Assembly: GCA_965238175.1 (NCBI GenBank)
Contig: CBDEGZ010000003.1
Span: forward strand, 2,944,001-3,008,000
Origin: Gammaproteobacteria bacterium
Lineage (GTDB): Bacteria > Pseudomonadota > Gammaproteobacteria > CAJXQU01
Direction of reading: 5' to 3'
DNA: 64,000 nt
The translations under genes and the position numbers were made by a program. Below, piece after piece: positions 11,365 to 20,523 of this stretch. The notes beneath the pieces are model-generated. The model searched no databases. It was not told where the DNA came from and saw nothing but the letters and a program-made list of their open reading frames with translations. Positions within the stretch are counted from its first letter, which is position 1. Each line of letters opens with the position of its first letter.

Positions 11365-12315
11365 ATGAAAAATAATAATCCTATCGAATATTCTCTGATT
11401 ATTCCTGTTTATAATAATGAAGAAAACTTGCCGCATTTATTTAGTGCAATTACTGAATTCAGTTCTAAATATAAAGATAATTTTGAAACTGTTTTTGTCG
11501 TAGATGGCTCTCCTGATCATTCTTATCAATTGTTACTTTCTAAGTTAGATGATTTACCTTTTCGTTCACAACTGGTTTTGCATAGCCGTAACTTTGGTGC
11601 ATTTACAGCAATACGCACAGGAATGGAGCATGCTGAAGGCGAATATATTGCGGTCATGGCCGCAGACTTACAGGAACCGATAAACTTGATCGAAACTTTT
11701 TTTGATCATCTTTGCAAAGACAAATCCGATATTGTTTTTGGGAAACGAATTGAACGTGAAGATCCGCCTGTTCGAAAATTTCTGGCTAAATCTTATTGGA
11801 AGCTATATAGAAAATTTGTTTTGCCAGAGATACCTGAAGGAGGGGTTGATGTTTTCGCGTGTAATCGTACTGTATCAGAAACCATACTTTCGATAGAAGA
11901 ACCTAATAGTTCCTTAATCGCACAACTCTTCTGGGTTGGTTATAGACGTGATTTCATCCCATACGAAAGACAGGAGCGTCAACATGGCGAAAGCGCCTGG
12001 GGCCTGAGAAAAAGATTACGATACATGTTGGATAGTATTTTTTCTTATTCTGATCTTCCTATTATGGCGGTACTTTGGTTAGGAGCTTTTAGTTGTCTAA
12101 TTACTTTTTCTCTGGGATTCGTAACGCTGCTAGGAAAATTATTTGGCTTAATTGAAACACCAGGATATACAACCCTGATTTTGATCATATTATTTCTCTT
12201 TTCAATACTGCTTCTAACGCAAGGAATAATAGGCTGCTATCTATGGAGAGCATTTGAAAATACTAAAAAAAGACCTTTGAATATCATCATTAAAAAAATA
12301 ACAAATAATAAATAG
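11365..12315 (+). CDS. GT2 polyprenol-phosphate glycosyltransferase (GtrB/ArnC-like)
   Basis: IIPVYN, VDGSPD, SRNFG and ADLQEP motifs plus two C-terminal TM helices. Confidence 0.88.
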   Translation: MKNNNPIEYSLIIPVYNNEENLPHLFSAITEFSSKYKDNFETVFVVDGSPDHSYQLLLSKLDDLPFRSQLVLHSRNFGAFTAIRTGMEHAEGEYIAVMAADLQEPINLIETFFDHLCKDKSDIVFGKRIEREDPPVRKFLAKSYWKLYRKFVLPEIPEGGVDVFACNRTVSETILSIEEPNSSLIAQLFWVGYRRDFIPYERQERQHGESAWGLRKRLRYMLDSIFSYSDLPIMAVLWLGAFSCLITFSLGFVTLLGKLFGLIETPGYTTLILIILFLFSILLLTQGIIGCYLWRAFENTKKRPLNIIIKKITNNK

Positions 12316-12320
12316 AATCT

Positions 12321-12770
12321 ATGCTTTTTAATTCAAACATTATTACAAAAACATCACTTAATATCGGTTTTTGTGAATTGTGGCCGCTGCCCAATTTTGA
12401 AGATATTCGCGGTGACTTGATGGTGACAGAATTTTCGAATGATTTACCTTTTCAGCCTCAACGACTATTTATTGTCCATAGTGTTCCAAACAGTAAACTA
12501 AGAGGAGAGCATGCACATAAAGCTTGTCATCAATTTCTAATCGCAATACGTGGAGAAATAAAAGTCATTGTCGATGACGGTGAGAATAAAGCAGAAATCT
12601 GTTTAGACAGACCTTCAATTGGTCTATACATGCCAGCTAATATTTGGGGGGTTCAACATAGTTTTTCGAAAGGTTCTATGCTGTTGGTGTATGCATCACA
12701 TCCGTATGATCCTGATGATTACATTCGTGATTATGGTGAATTCAAAGATTATGTTAGACGATCAAATTAA
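12321..12770 (+). CDS. dTDP-6-deoxy-3,4-keto-hexulose isomerase (FdtA/QdtA cupin)
   Basis: DIRGDL, RGEHAHK..HQFL and ASHPYDPDDYIRDY motifs. Confidence 0.9.
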   Translation: MLFNSNIITKTSLNIGFCELWPLPNFEDIRGDLMVTEFSNDLPFQPQRLFIVHSVPNSKLRGEHAHKACHQFLIAIRGEIKVIVDDGENKAEICLDRPSIGLYMPANIWGVQHSFSKGSMLLVYASHPYDPDDYIRDYGEFKDYVRRSN

Positions 12771-13302
12771 ATCTGGGATTGAAAAACTCAGAAGTAAAAC
12801 TATTAAGTTAAGACTGGTAGAAGAGCAAGATGCAAAATTCATTCTGTCCTTACGGCTTGATCAACGCTATAACGCCTTTCTTTCTACTGTGGACAATGAT
12901 CTTACAAAACAACAAGCCTGGATAAGAAAATACAAATTATCTGAAAATTCAGGGACGCAATATTACTTCATAATAGAACGTCATGATAACACCGCTTGTG
13001 GAACCGTTAGAATATACGACTTACAAAAGCACTCATTTAGTTGGGGAAGTTGGATCCTGAATGAAAATAAAACACAGTTTTCAGCTATTGAAACAGCGCT
13101 TCTAGTCTATAAGTTTGGGTTTGAAATACTGGCATATACCAAATCGCACTTCGAGGTTTTAAAAGAAAATAAACCTGTGATCTCATTCCATAATAAATTG
13201 GGTTCTAAAAAAATATCCGCAGACGAGAATTACTATTATTTTAGTTTCCATAAGAAAACCTATCAGGAAAAAGTAAAAGAATTTGCTCGGTTTATAACGT
13301 GA
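12751..13302 (+). CDS. GNAT N-acyltransferase, probably acting on the amino sugar
   Basis: LRLVEEQDAKFILSLR, GTVRIYD, FSWGSW and N..VISFH motifs; sits with FdtA/FdtB-like genes. Start placed at ATG 12751. Confidence 0.8.
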   Translation: MLDDQIKSGIEKLRSKTIKLRLVEEQDAKFILSLRLDQRYNAFLSTVDNDLTKQQAWIRKYKLSENSGTQYYFIIERHDNTACGTVRIYDLQKHSFSWGSWILNENKTQFSAIETALLVYKFGFEILAYTKSHFEVLKENKPVISFHNKLGSKKISADENYYYFSFHKKTYQEKVKEFARFIT

Positions 13303-13306
13303 CCTA

Positions 13307-13732
13307 ATGACAAACAAAGATCTAAGTAATCAAAGCATTATTTCTGATGCATTAAGGTTTATTGGGGTTGGCGGAATAAATACGCTTTTCACAATCATTC
13401 TGTACCAAATTTTACTCACTTTTCTGACACATCAGTACGCTTATAGCCTTAGTTGGTTATCAGGGTTTATCTTTCTTATGATCGTTTATCCATCAAAAGT
13501 TTTCATTGGTGGAATGACTACCCAAAAAAGAAAATTGTTGATGGCGATATTATATCTATTGATCTTTATTGTTAGCTTGTGGTTTTTAGATTTCTTAGTT
13601 GCATTACAAATTCATAAACGACTAGCGATTTTTATTGTTATTATTTTTTCAAGTCTTCTTAACTTTTTTCTAATACGTCGTATCTTGAGAGATCATTTCG
13701 TCCCTGCATCTATCAAAGATCCCACCAATTAA
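13307..13732 (+). CDS. GtrA-family small membrane protein (putative lipid-sugar flippase)
   Basis: 141 aa, four hydrophobic helices, RFIGVGGINT motif; downstream of a GtrB-like gene. Confidence 0.75.
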   Translation: MTNKDLSNQSIISDALRFIGVGGINTLFTIILYQILLTFLTHQYAYSLSWLSGFIFLMIVYPSKVFIGGMTTQKRKLLMAILYLLIFIVSLWFLDFLVALQIHKRLAIFIVIIFSSLLNFFLIRRILRDHFVPASIKDPTN

Positions 13733-13771
13733 CTTAAACGCGCGACATAGATTTTATCGGCTTATTATAAG

Positions 13772-13798
13772 AAAAAAGCGGCTAAATAGCCGCTTTTT
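13772..13798. terminator. Bidirectional intrinsic terminator
   Basis: AAAAAA-GCGGCTA-AA-TAGCCGC-TTTTT between the convergent gtrA-like gene and rplS. Confidence 0.85.
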
Positions 13799-13826
13799 GA
13801 TACATCATTTAACCATGATGGGAGTT

Positions 13827-14480
13827 CTATTCTCGGCCACCGTCCAATTCATCTTGCCATTTCTTCAGCTCATCCCATTTTCCATCACGAGCCATTTCTG
13901 ACTGTGCTGGCCATGTTTCCGGATCGTGTGAAGCAAATTGACCTCCCGCAGCAGAAAGAATCTCTCTAATCGCATCAGGCGATGTACCCGCAAGATCAGC
14001 AAACGTGTTAATGCCATCATCCTGCAACAATTGACTTATTTTTGGACCAATTCCTTCGATCTTAGTTAGATCATCCGACGATACTTCAACTGGGGCTGAT
14101 GCAGCTTTTGCAGTTTTGTTAACTGCTTTTATGCCACCAATTTTTTCTTTGATTCGTGCTGCTTTACCACGTAATGCACGCATGTAATAAAGTTTTGCTC
14201 GTCGAACATCACCACGACGCTTAACCGTAATTTGATCAACAAGTGGGCTGTAAGTTTGAAATACACGTTCAACACCTTCGCCATGTGAAATTTTACGAAC
14301 CGTAAATGCAGAATTAAGACCTCGGTTTTTCTTCGCTATTACGACACCCTCAAAAGCTTGTAAGCGTTCTCGCTCACCTTCTTTTACTTTCACCTGCACA
14401 ATTACAGTATCTCCAGGACCAAACTCTGGAATTTCTTTAGTCATTTGTGCAGCTTCAAGTTCCTGAATTATGTTGCTCAT
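13827..14480 (-). CDS. rplS: 50S ribosomal protein L19 with a C-terminal helix-hairpin-helix (DUF4332-like) extension
   Basis: MSNIIQELE...PGDTV...[10 protein letters not shown]...GEGVERVF...[10 protein letters not shown] is L19; it continues in frame into [12 protein letters not shown]...DPETWP..WDEL. Start placed at ATG 14480. Confidence 0.95.
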   Translation of the reverse strand: MSNIIQELEAAQMTKEIPEFGPGDTVIVQVKVKEGERERLQAFEGVVIAKKNRGLNSAFTVRKISHGEGVERVFQTYSPLVDQITVKRRGDVRRAKLYYMRALRGKAARIKEKIGGIKAVNKTAKAASAPVEVSSDDLTKIEGIGPKISQLLQDDGINTFADLAGTSPDAIREILSAAGGQFASHDPETWPAQSEMARDGKWDELKKWQDELDGGRE

Positions 14481-14484
14481 TTTT

Positions 14485-15237
14485 TTACTCCAAATCAGGG
14501 AGGGTTTGCTCCCGTATAAACTCATCTAATAAATTTTGTTCTTCTGCGGTTAAAACCCGATCTGTCAATAAGTCCGGTCGTCTTAACCATGTTCTTCCTA
14601 ACGCCTGTTTCAATCGCCAGGTTTTAATCTCTGCATGATTGCCACCCAATAATACTACCGGCACGTTCTCATCGTCAGGCCGTGTGTAATGCGGATAATC
14701 CAACAAGCCGTCGAAAAACGAATCTTCACTGGCTGAATCTTCATGCCCCAATGTTCCAGGGATCATTCTGATCAAACCATCAATCACGACCATTGCCGCC
14801 AATTCGCCACCACTGATGACATAATCACCAATTGACCATTCTTCATCAATGCTCTGTTGCAGCACTCGTTCGTCTATACCTTCGTAACGCCCCGATACCA
14901 GGATCAAATTTTCATGATCCAACAATTCTTTTAACCCATTTTGATCAAGCTTTCTTCCTTGAGGTGTCAGGCATATTTTGTGAACCTTCTTCCCATTCTG
15001 ATCAAAATTTTGACTTGCGGCAATTATTGCATCCTGCAATGGCTGCATCGCCATTACCATACCAGGACCACCACCATAAGGTCGATCATCCACACTACGG
15101 TGTACGTCTTTCGTATAATCTCTAGGATTATAAAATTCCAGCTCAAGTAGTCTATTACTTATACTGCGCCTGGTGATACCGTGTTCAGTTATGGCATCAA
15201 ACATTTGCGGAAACAAAGTAACAACGCTAATTTTCAC
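14485..15237 (-). CDS. trmD: tRNA (guanine-N1)-methyltransferase
   Basis: [32 protein letters not shown] and YPHYTRP motifs. Confidence 0.97.
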   Translation of the reverse strand: MKISVVTLFPQMFDAITEHGITRRSISNRLLELEFYNPRDYTKDVHRSVDDRPYGGGPGMVMAMQPLQDAIIAASQNFDQNGKKVHKICLTPQGRKLDQNGLKELLDHENLILVSGRYEGIDERVLQQSIDEEWSIGDYVISGGELAAMVVIDGLIRMIPGTLGHEDSASEDSFFDGLLDYPHYTRPDDENVPVVLLGGNHAEIKTWRLKQALGRTWLRRPDLLTDRVLTAEEQNLLDEFIREQTLPDLE

Positions 15238-15257
15238 GATTTAACTTTACGATTTTG

Positions 15258-15773
15258 TTACGTTGAATAATCCTGCTGCCAGTCCACTTCAATTGTACCG
15301 GCTTCTATATCCACCTTCAGTATGTATACCTCAGAGACATATGGAATCAAATGCTGCTGCTGATCATCTTTTACGACCATCACATCATGAGCATTTGTTT
15401 CCAAAAGCTCCGCGACCCTTCCAAAAGACTCACCTGAGGAATTGATCACTTTTAGTCCAATCAAATCAGACCAGTAAAACTCATTGTCTGTTGTCTCTGG
15501 CAGCTGCTCGGGTTTAATCCCTATTTTACAGTTAACTAATAATTCTGCCTGTTCACGATCACTCAGGTTTTCAAACTGAGCTGCAAGACCTTTCCCTTGT
15601 TGTCTTGCAGATACCACTTTGTATTCTCGCCAACCTTCACGCGTTTGAAACCAAAGAGGGCTATAACTAAAAATATTTTCTCTTGGCCGAGTATCTGAAA
15701 AAACTTTTACCCAGCCTTTTACTCCAAATACTCCGTTTATATAGCCAAGATGAATGAACCCATCTTCAGCCAT
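15258..15773 (-). CDS. rimM: Ribosome maturation factor RimM
   Basis: GVFGVKGWVKV, EFYWSDLIGL and LIPYV motifs; canonical operon position. Confidence 0.95.
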   Translation of the reverse strand: MAEDGFIHLGYINGVFGVKGWVKVFSDTRPRENIFSYSPLWFQTREGWREYKVVSARQQGKGLAAQFENLSDREQAELLVNCKIGIKPEQLPETTDNEFYWSDLIGLKVINSSGESFGRVAELLETNAHDVMVVKDDQQQHLIPYVSEVYILKVDIEAGTIEVDWQQDYST

Positions 15774-15794
15774 TAATCAGTAAATTCTGTCGAG

Positions 15795-16043
15795 TTATAC
15801 TGCAACTGAATTATTTTTGATCAATTTTGCAACAGTCTCACTCGGCTGCGCACCTTGAGAAATCCAATGCTGTACTCTTTCACTATCCATCCTGAGTGTT
15901 TCTTCTTGCCCAGAAGCACTTGGGTTGAAAAAACCAAGTCGTTCAATATAACGACCATCACGTTTGTTACGGCCATCGGCAACAACAATATGATAGAAAG
16001 GACGTTTTTTTGCACCACCGCGTGCAAGTCGAATTTTGACCAT
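15795..16043 (-). CDS. rpsP: 30S ribosomal protein S16
   Basis: [41 protein letters not shown]. Confidence 0.98.
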   Translation of the reverse strand: MVKIRLARGGAKKRPFYHIVVADGRNKRDGRYIERLGFFNPSASGQEETLRMDSERVQHWISQGAQPSETVAKLIKNNSVAV

Positions 16044-16153
16044 TGTATTTATATTCTCGTTTGTATAATCTTATAAGGATAGACAGCAGATTGTGCTGTA
16101 ATCACAGTAAAGTCGCGTATTCTAAGGGAAAACCAACCTAAAAGGAAAGACTT

Positions 16154-16732
16154 TTGAACGATCAAAACCTGATTTTTAATCAAAAAATACAACTCAGAGA
16201 AATATTAAAAAAGAAACGGGCTGAAATAAGCAACTCTGAAAAGACATATTTTTCAAAAATCATTACTGATCATCTACTTAGCTTAGAGCAACTAAAAAAA
16301 GCAGAGACTGTATTCGCTTACATTTCATATTCCACTGAGGTTGAAACACATCAATTAATACAAAGCTTATTAGCTAGCGGAAAAAAAGTACTTGTACCAA
16401 AAATAATTGATTCTCAGGTAATGCACTCACAACAGCTAAATAATTGGGCAGAACTCAAGCCCGGAAAATTAGGCATTCTCACACCCGGTAAAGGTGAAAT
16501 TTACACATTACCGATTGACGTCGCCATTACGCCTGGTCTCGGTTTTACGTTAGAAGGACATCGTATTGGTTTTGGAGCAGGTTATTATGATCGCTGGTTC
16601 TCAAGTCATAAAGTTAAATTAAAAATAGCCATCGCATTTGAAAAACAAATCATAGAATCCTTACCTATCGAAGAAACTGACGTAGCCATTGACGTACTAC
16701 TAACTGAAAAGAGATTCATAACAGTAAAGTAA
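16154..16732 (+). CDS. 5-formyltetrahydrofolate cyclo-ligase
   Basis: EVET, VLVPK, PGLGF..GHRIGFGAGYYDR and D...D..LTE motifs; TTG start after an AAGGA RBS. Confidence 0.9.
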   Translation: MNDQNLIFNQKIQLREILKKKRAEISNSEKTYFSKIITDHLLSLEQLKKAETVFAYISYSTEVETHQLIQSLLASGKKVLVPKIIDSQVMHSQQLNNWAELKPGKLGILTPGKGEIYTLPIDVAITPGLGFTLEGHRIGFGAGYYDRWFSSHKVKLKIAIAFEKQIIESLPIEETDVAIDVLLTEKRFITVK

Positions 16733-16915
16733 GTTTAATTACAATGTGCATATTTGAGTTCCGTGATATGCCCTCGTGTAAACGCGAAAAGTTGATAGAG
16801 TTAGATTTTCTTAGTTACACTGAACTCGAACTCGTGGTAAGTATCTAGCCTTGCTGTATATGGAAAACGCGGCATCTACAAAAATTTCGTTTCTGGAATT
16901 CAGCATCCTGAGATC

Positions 16916-17062
16916 GTCAGGATGACCATTTTACATTGTAATCCTGTGCTTTATGAAAGATCACAATATCGAAGCCATCTATTCAGGCGACAGCGATCAG
17001 GCGATAACGAAGAATTAACTCGAATGGATAAACTATTTTTCTTATTCTGAGTTCGGCTTAAT
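16916..17062 (+). repeat. Degenerate intergenic repeat, copy A
   Basis: Starts GTCAGGATGACC and ends ATTCTGAGTTCGGCTTAAT; homologous to 20107-20237. Confidence 0.6.
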
Positions 17063-18048
17063 CAAATATCTTTGAGTATTTCTTTGCGCTTAAGTTGATA
17101 CTCTTCCTCAGAAATCAATCCTTTATTTTTCAATGCTTTAAGTGTTCCCAACCTTTCTTCCAGAGACTGCTCCTGTCCGTTGTTATTCATTTGGTTCATC
17201 TGTTTTCGCATACGAGCCATCTCTGCTCTCATTTCACGACGCTCTTTACTGATTTTGGCTTTTTCTTTCGTAGATGTTCCAGAGGCAGTGTCTTCACCCA
17301 GAATAGCTCTTAATTCCTTTCTTTTTTCATCAAGCTCATCTTTCTCCTGTGTTTTAGCTATCGTAACGGCTGTTTCAGCAGCCTTTTGAACATCAACTAC
17401 AAACCAGTTATTTCTGACTAAACCTTCATACTTTTTGTTTTCAATTCCTGCAACTTCCTTTAATACCTTTTTATATTTTTTTGACTTCTTAGTTCGATAA
17501 CCATGATTAAAGTGATAAGCAACGATCCCGACGTGGGTTGGATCATATGCAGCTTCATAACCCTCCAGCCGAGGTCTATTATAGTCACCTATAATGATAT
17601 TTAAATTACCCTCTTTATAAAAAACTCTACCCGCAATAAAATATTGATCGGTTTTCAAACCGAAAAAACGACTGGCATTTCTTTTCAATGCAAAAACAAT
17701 ATCTTGCTCAGGGGTGGCTGTTTCCAAACCAGAAGCCAGATGTTTTGCCAGCAAATTCATCTGCAATTGTGTGAAAAGTGTTTCTTGCTCTTCTGCTTGA
17801 TTTTTATCAGAAACTTTAATCAAACTGAGCGCTTTTTCTAGTTCTTCCTTTGCAAAGCTAACTGGTTGATCATTTTCTCCCAGCGAGTCATTATCCAATT
17901 TCGCATATTTGAAATAAACATTTTTACCAGCCTCCCAAATTACTTCTTCTTCGTTTTCCCAAAAAAAGTCTATAGAAAAGGCGCTATTAGGTAACAGTAA
18001 AAGAAAACAAAAAATTAGTTTGACTAGTTGACTATTATACTTTTTCAT
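17062..18048 (-). CDS. Exported protein with a C-terminal coiled coil and SHOCT domain
   Basis: Signal peptide ending in AFS; C-terminal LEERLGTLKALKNKGLISEEEYQLKRKEIL is the SHOCT pattern. Confidence 0.8.
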   Translation of the reverse strand: MKKYNSQLVKLIFCFLLLLPNSAFSIDFFWENEEEVIWEAGKNVYFKYAKLDNDSLGENDQPVSFAKEELEKALSLIKVSDKNQAEEQETLFTQLQMNLLAKHLASGLETATPEQDIVFALKRNASRFFGLKTDQYFIAGRVFYKEGNLNIIIGDYNRPRLEGYEAAYDPTHVGIVAYHFNHGYRTKKSKKYKKVLKEVAGIENKKYEGLVRNNWFVVDVQKAAETAVTIAKTQEKDELDEKRKELRAILGEDTASGTSTKEKAKISKERREMRAEMARMRKQMNQMNNNGQEQSLEERLGTLKALKNKGLISEEEYQLKRKEILKDI

Positions 18049-18363
18049 AAATTGTAAGGTTTGATTTGCATTAAAATTTTATTTGTATTATGTGAATATT
18101 ACTCATAATTTGAGGCGAGTTTACTATAAAATAAATTCATCTATTGAAGGCACCTCAATAACTTCAAATTAATCGTTATATCCCAAGTATGACAATAATT
18201 TCGAAGAGAAATTCAAATTAAATGATCAGGATCCTCTGATTAATTCTGTATGAAATAGACTGACAATCACATTATCCAAAATCAAGTCACAAACAATATA
18301 ATAGGTTTAATGATTATAATACACATACTTAGGCCTCGATTGAATACTAAGTTAGATTTTCAT

Positions 18364-18391
18364 AAAAAAAGCCTCCGAAGAGGCTTTTTTT
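18364..18391. terminator. Intrinsic terminator downstream of the porin gene
   Basis: A7-GCCTC-CGAA-GAGGC-T7. Confidence 0.85.
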
Positions 18392-18427
18392 GTTCTAAAT
18401 AGAACGACTACTTCATCAAAATAAACT

Positions 18428-19762
18428 TTAGAAGAAATAAGTCAGACCCAAACTAAAGATGTCAAGATCTTCACCATCATCAAACAGGTTCTCTACAGCA
18501 GCATTACTACCATCAACGTCAAGACTCAGATTTTCATATGCACCATAGATGATCAACTTACTACCGAAATATTGATCAACCGAAAAGCCTACACGCTGTA
18601 CTTCTGAACCAGTGACTATACCACCAGAACCATCAATCCTGGGAGTAGGGCCTCTAGCAGTTAAACCTGTAACGGCCGCACTGTCATTTATATTACCATA
18701 TTGATCTTCGTACTGACCATATTGGAATGAAAACGCAGTATCACCAAATCCAGTAAAGTTTCTCTTGATACCAATCTTAGTCCACCATGCATCAGTATCA
18801 TCACCAAAACCAGCAACACCATCTTCAGTTTCTTCTTGTTGGTATGCAAGCGTACCGAATACACCACTGTCAGGATCCATCAAACCAAACTGGATTTGGA
18901 AATTATCAGATCCATCACCTACAACAATACTGTTACCTAACGCATCGGTGGTATTAACACCACCATCGGCATTATAGGCATAGCCACCATGTACATTAGC
19001 AATCAAACCACCGATTTGACCACTATATTTAATAGCGATATCAAATACATCATCATTTGCATAGCCAACAGCAACACTAACCGGACCAAAAGCAGGCAGG
19101 TCATAACGAATACCATTTCTATATATACCGTTACAATCAAGACCAATACCACCAGCACCACTAAGCCCAGGGGCAGTTAAACACTCTAAGAAATCGCCCC
19201 ATACAGCATTATTACTGTCCTCAGGAGGAGTTACAAAACCCGGAGTCTCTGGAAGATCACCAGTATCACGAACAAAGAAACCATTACCACGGAACACAGG
19301 CGATATAGATGACCATAGTGTCAATGAAGGATCCGCCAATACAGCAATATTATCAGTAGGCATACTTTGTAAACCGAATGTCAATTTACCCCAGGCACCA
19401 CCAACATTAAGGCTACTGCCTAATACACCAATGTCTCCACCGTTGAACGTCTCAATAGTATCTTGATTAGAGAAAATCAGAGGTGTATTACTTGACAGTG
19501 GTTCTAAAATAACTTCGAAACCCGCTGTCAAACCTGTACCTGCCAGAGGCGTCGAACCTGAGAGTGTAATACGGCTACCCAATGTTGTACCGTTATCGGA
19601 TACCTGTGAGATATCGCTTTGATCGCCATCATCCCAATAGATTGCGCTTTCATTAATCCAACCCGAGATCCCCCAGGATGCTTCTTCAGCACTTGCTAAA
19701 GGAGAAACCATGCCAGCTGCAGCAAGCATACACGCCCCTTTTATAATTCTGTTTCTGTTCAT
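18428..19762 (-). CDS. Outer-membrane porin
   Basis: Signal peptide (ASA), SGWIN, SRITLSG, GKLTFG, amphipathic beta-strands and C-terminal LGLTYFF; GGAG RBS. Confidence 0.85.
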   Translation of the reverse strand: MNRNRIIKGACMLAAAGMVSPLASAEEASWGISGWINESAIYWDDGDQSDISQVSDNGTTLGSRITLSGSTPLAGTGLTAGFEVILEPLSSNTPLIFSNQDTIETFNGGDIGVLGSSLNVGGAWGKLTFGLQSMPTDNIAVLADPSLTLWSSISPVFRGNGFFVRDTGDLPETPGFVTPPEDSNNAVWGDFLECLTAPGLSGAGGIGLDCNGIYRNGIRYDLPAFGPVSVAVGYANDDVFDIAIKYSGQIGGLIANVHGGYAYNADGGVNTTDALGNSIVVGDGSDNFQIQFGLMDPDSGVFGTLAYQQEETEDGVAGFGDDTDAWWTKIGIKRNFTGFGDTAFSFQYGQYEDQYGNINDSAAVTGLTARGPTPRIDGSGGIVTGSEVQRVGFSVDQYFGSKLIIYGAYENLSLDVDGSNAAVENLFDDGEDLDIFSLGLTYFF

Positions 19763-20106
19763 TTCATTAGTCTCCTAAATTTTAGAGTTATACTAAGTTG
19801 TTGTACCCCACCCAAACTAACTATTACAGCTACACTACAAAACAGCGGCTCCAGCAACTGACGCTAATATACAACAATCACACTCTTCCCAGCAAGTATT
19901 TATATTAAAAATACAACAAATATATTGGCTTTTAATTATTTTATGCATAAAAACAACAAATTTACCGTGCCTTTGGTACTCAATTCATTGGCTACCCCTC
20001 CAATATACCCAAAATCAGTAATAAAAATTGTGCCTTTAATATTTAAAGATAGTAAAGCTTAGGTAATGCAAGACTTCACTTGTAAGCCATGATCTCTCCA
20101 GAAGAA

Positions 20107-20237
20107 GTCAGGATGACCGTTTTGTGCTGTAAACCCCAGTTTTATATTGAACGCCAATGTCGAGAGTTCTCAATTGACAGTTAACTTATTGAAGTTAACA
20201 GGTGGAAGATTTTCCTTGATTCTGGGTTCGGTTTGAT
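20107..20237 (+). repeat. Degenerate intergenic repeat, copy B
   Basis: Starts GTCAGGATGACC and ends ATTCTGGGTTCGGTTTGAT; homologous to 16916-17062. Confidence 0.6.
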
Positions 20238-20358
20238 CTTCTGTTATTTTTAAAGACTGATAACCCCTTCTATGGATAAGGCTAAACTTCGCCTTAACCT
20301 AAACAATACCTGTTTTCCAACCTAAGAGTATCATTCTCTAAATATTTCAGATATTTTA

Positions 20359-20376
20359 TGTTGTTTTTCTACAACA
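20359..20376. promoter_or_regulatory. Palindromic operator-like site TGTTGT-N6-ACAACA
   Basis: Perfect dyad in the divergent porin/beta-propeller intergenic region; further ACAACA half-sites at 19871, 19913 and 19953. Confidence 0.4.
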
Positions 20377-20523
20377 GTGTGCTTGTCAAAAATTTTATAG
20401 TTTGTTTTTAGTTTTATTTCTAACTGACTGCTTATAGGAAAATTTCTTAATGCAGTTTATTTTTAGCAAGAATAGAATGGAATCAAATATGCACTACACT
20501 ATCTATTATATGGGGTACCGTAC

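Noticed and set aside
2631-13732. Integrative island at tRNA-Asn carrying the glycan locus
   Set aside because: No integrase and no duplicated tRNA 3' end (att site) seen in the window.
14481-14525. Longer N-termini given by the ORF track for rplS, the DegT enzyme, GNAT, BON-LysM, lolA, GT2 and the transposase
   Set aside because: Downstream ATGs fit the family N-termini, RBS positions and gene packing better.
16044-16153. 6S RNA (ssrS), which often precedes the 5-formyl-THF cyclo-ligase gene
   Set aside because: Only 110 bp separate the divergent rpsP and ligase starts, too short for a ~180-nt 6S RNA, and no long hairpin is visible.
19940-20040. Sigma54 promoter for the porin (GGCAC motifs on the minus strand)
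   Set aside because: Neither GGCAC has the required GC at the -12 position.
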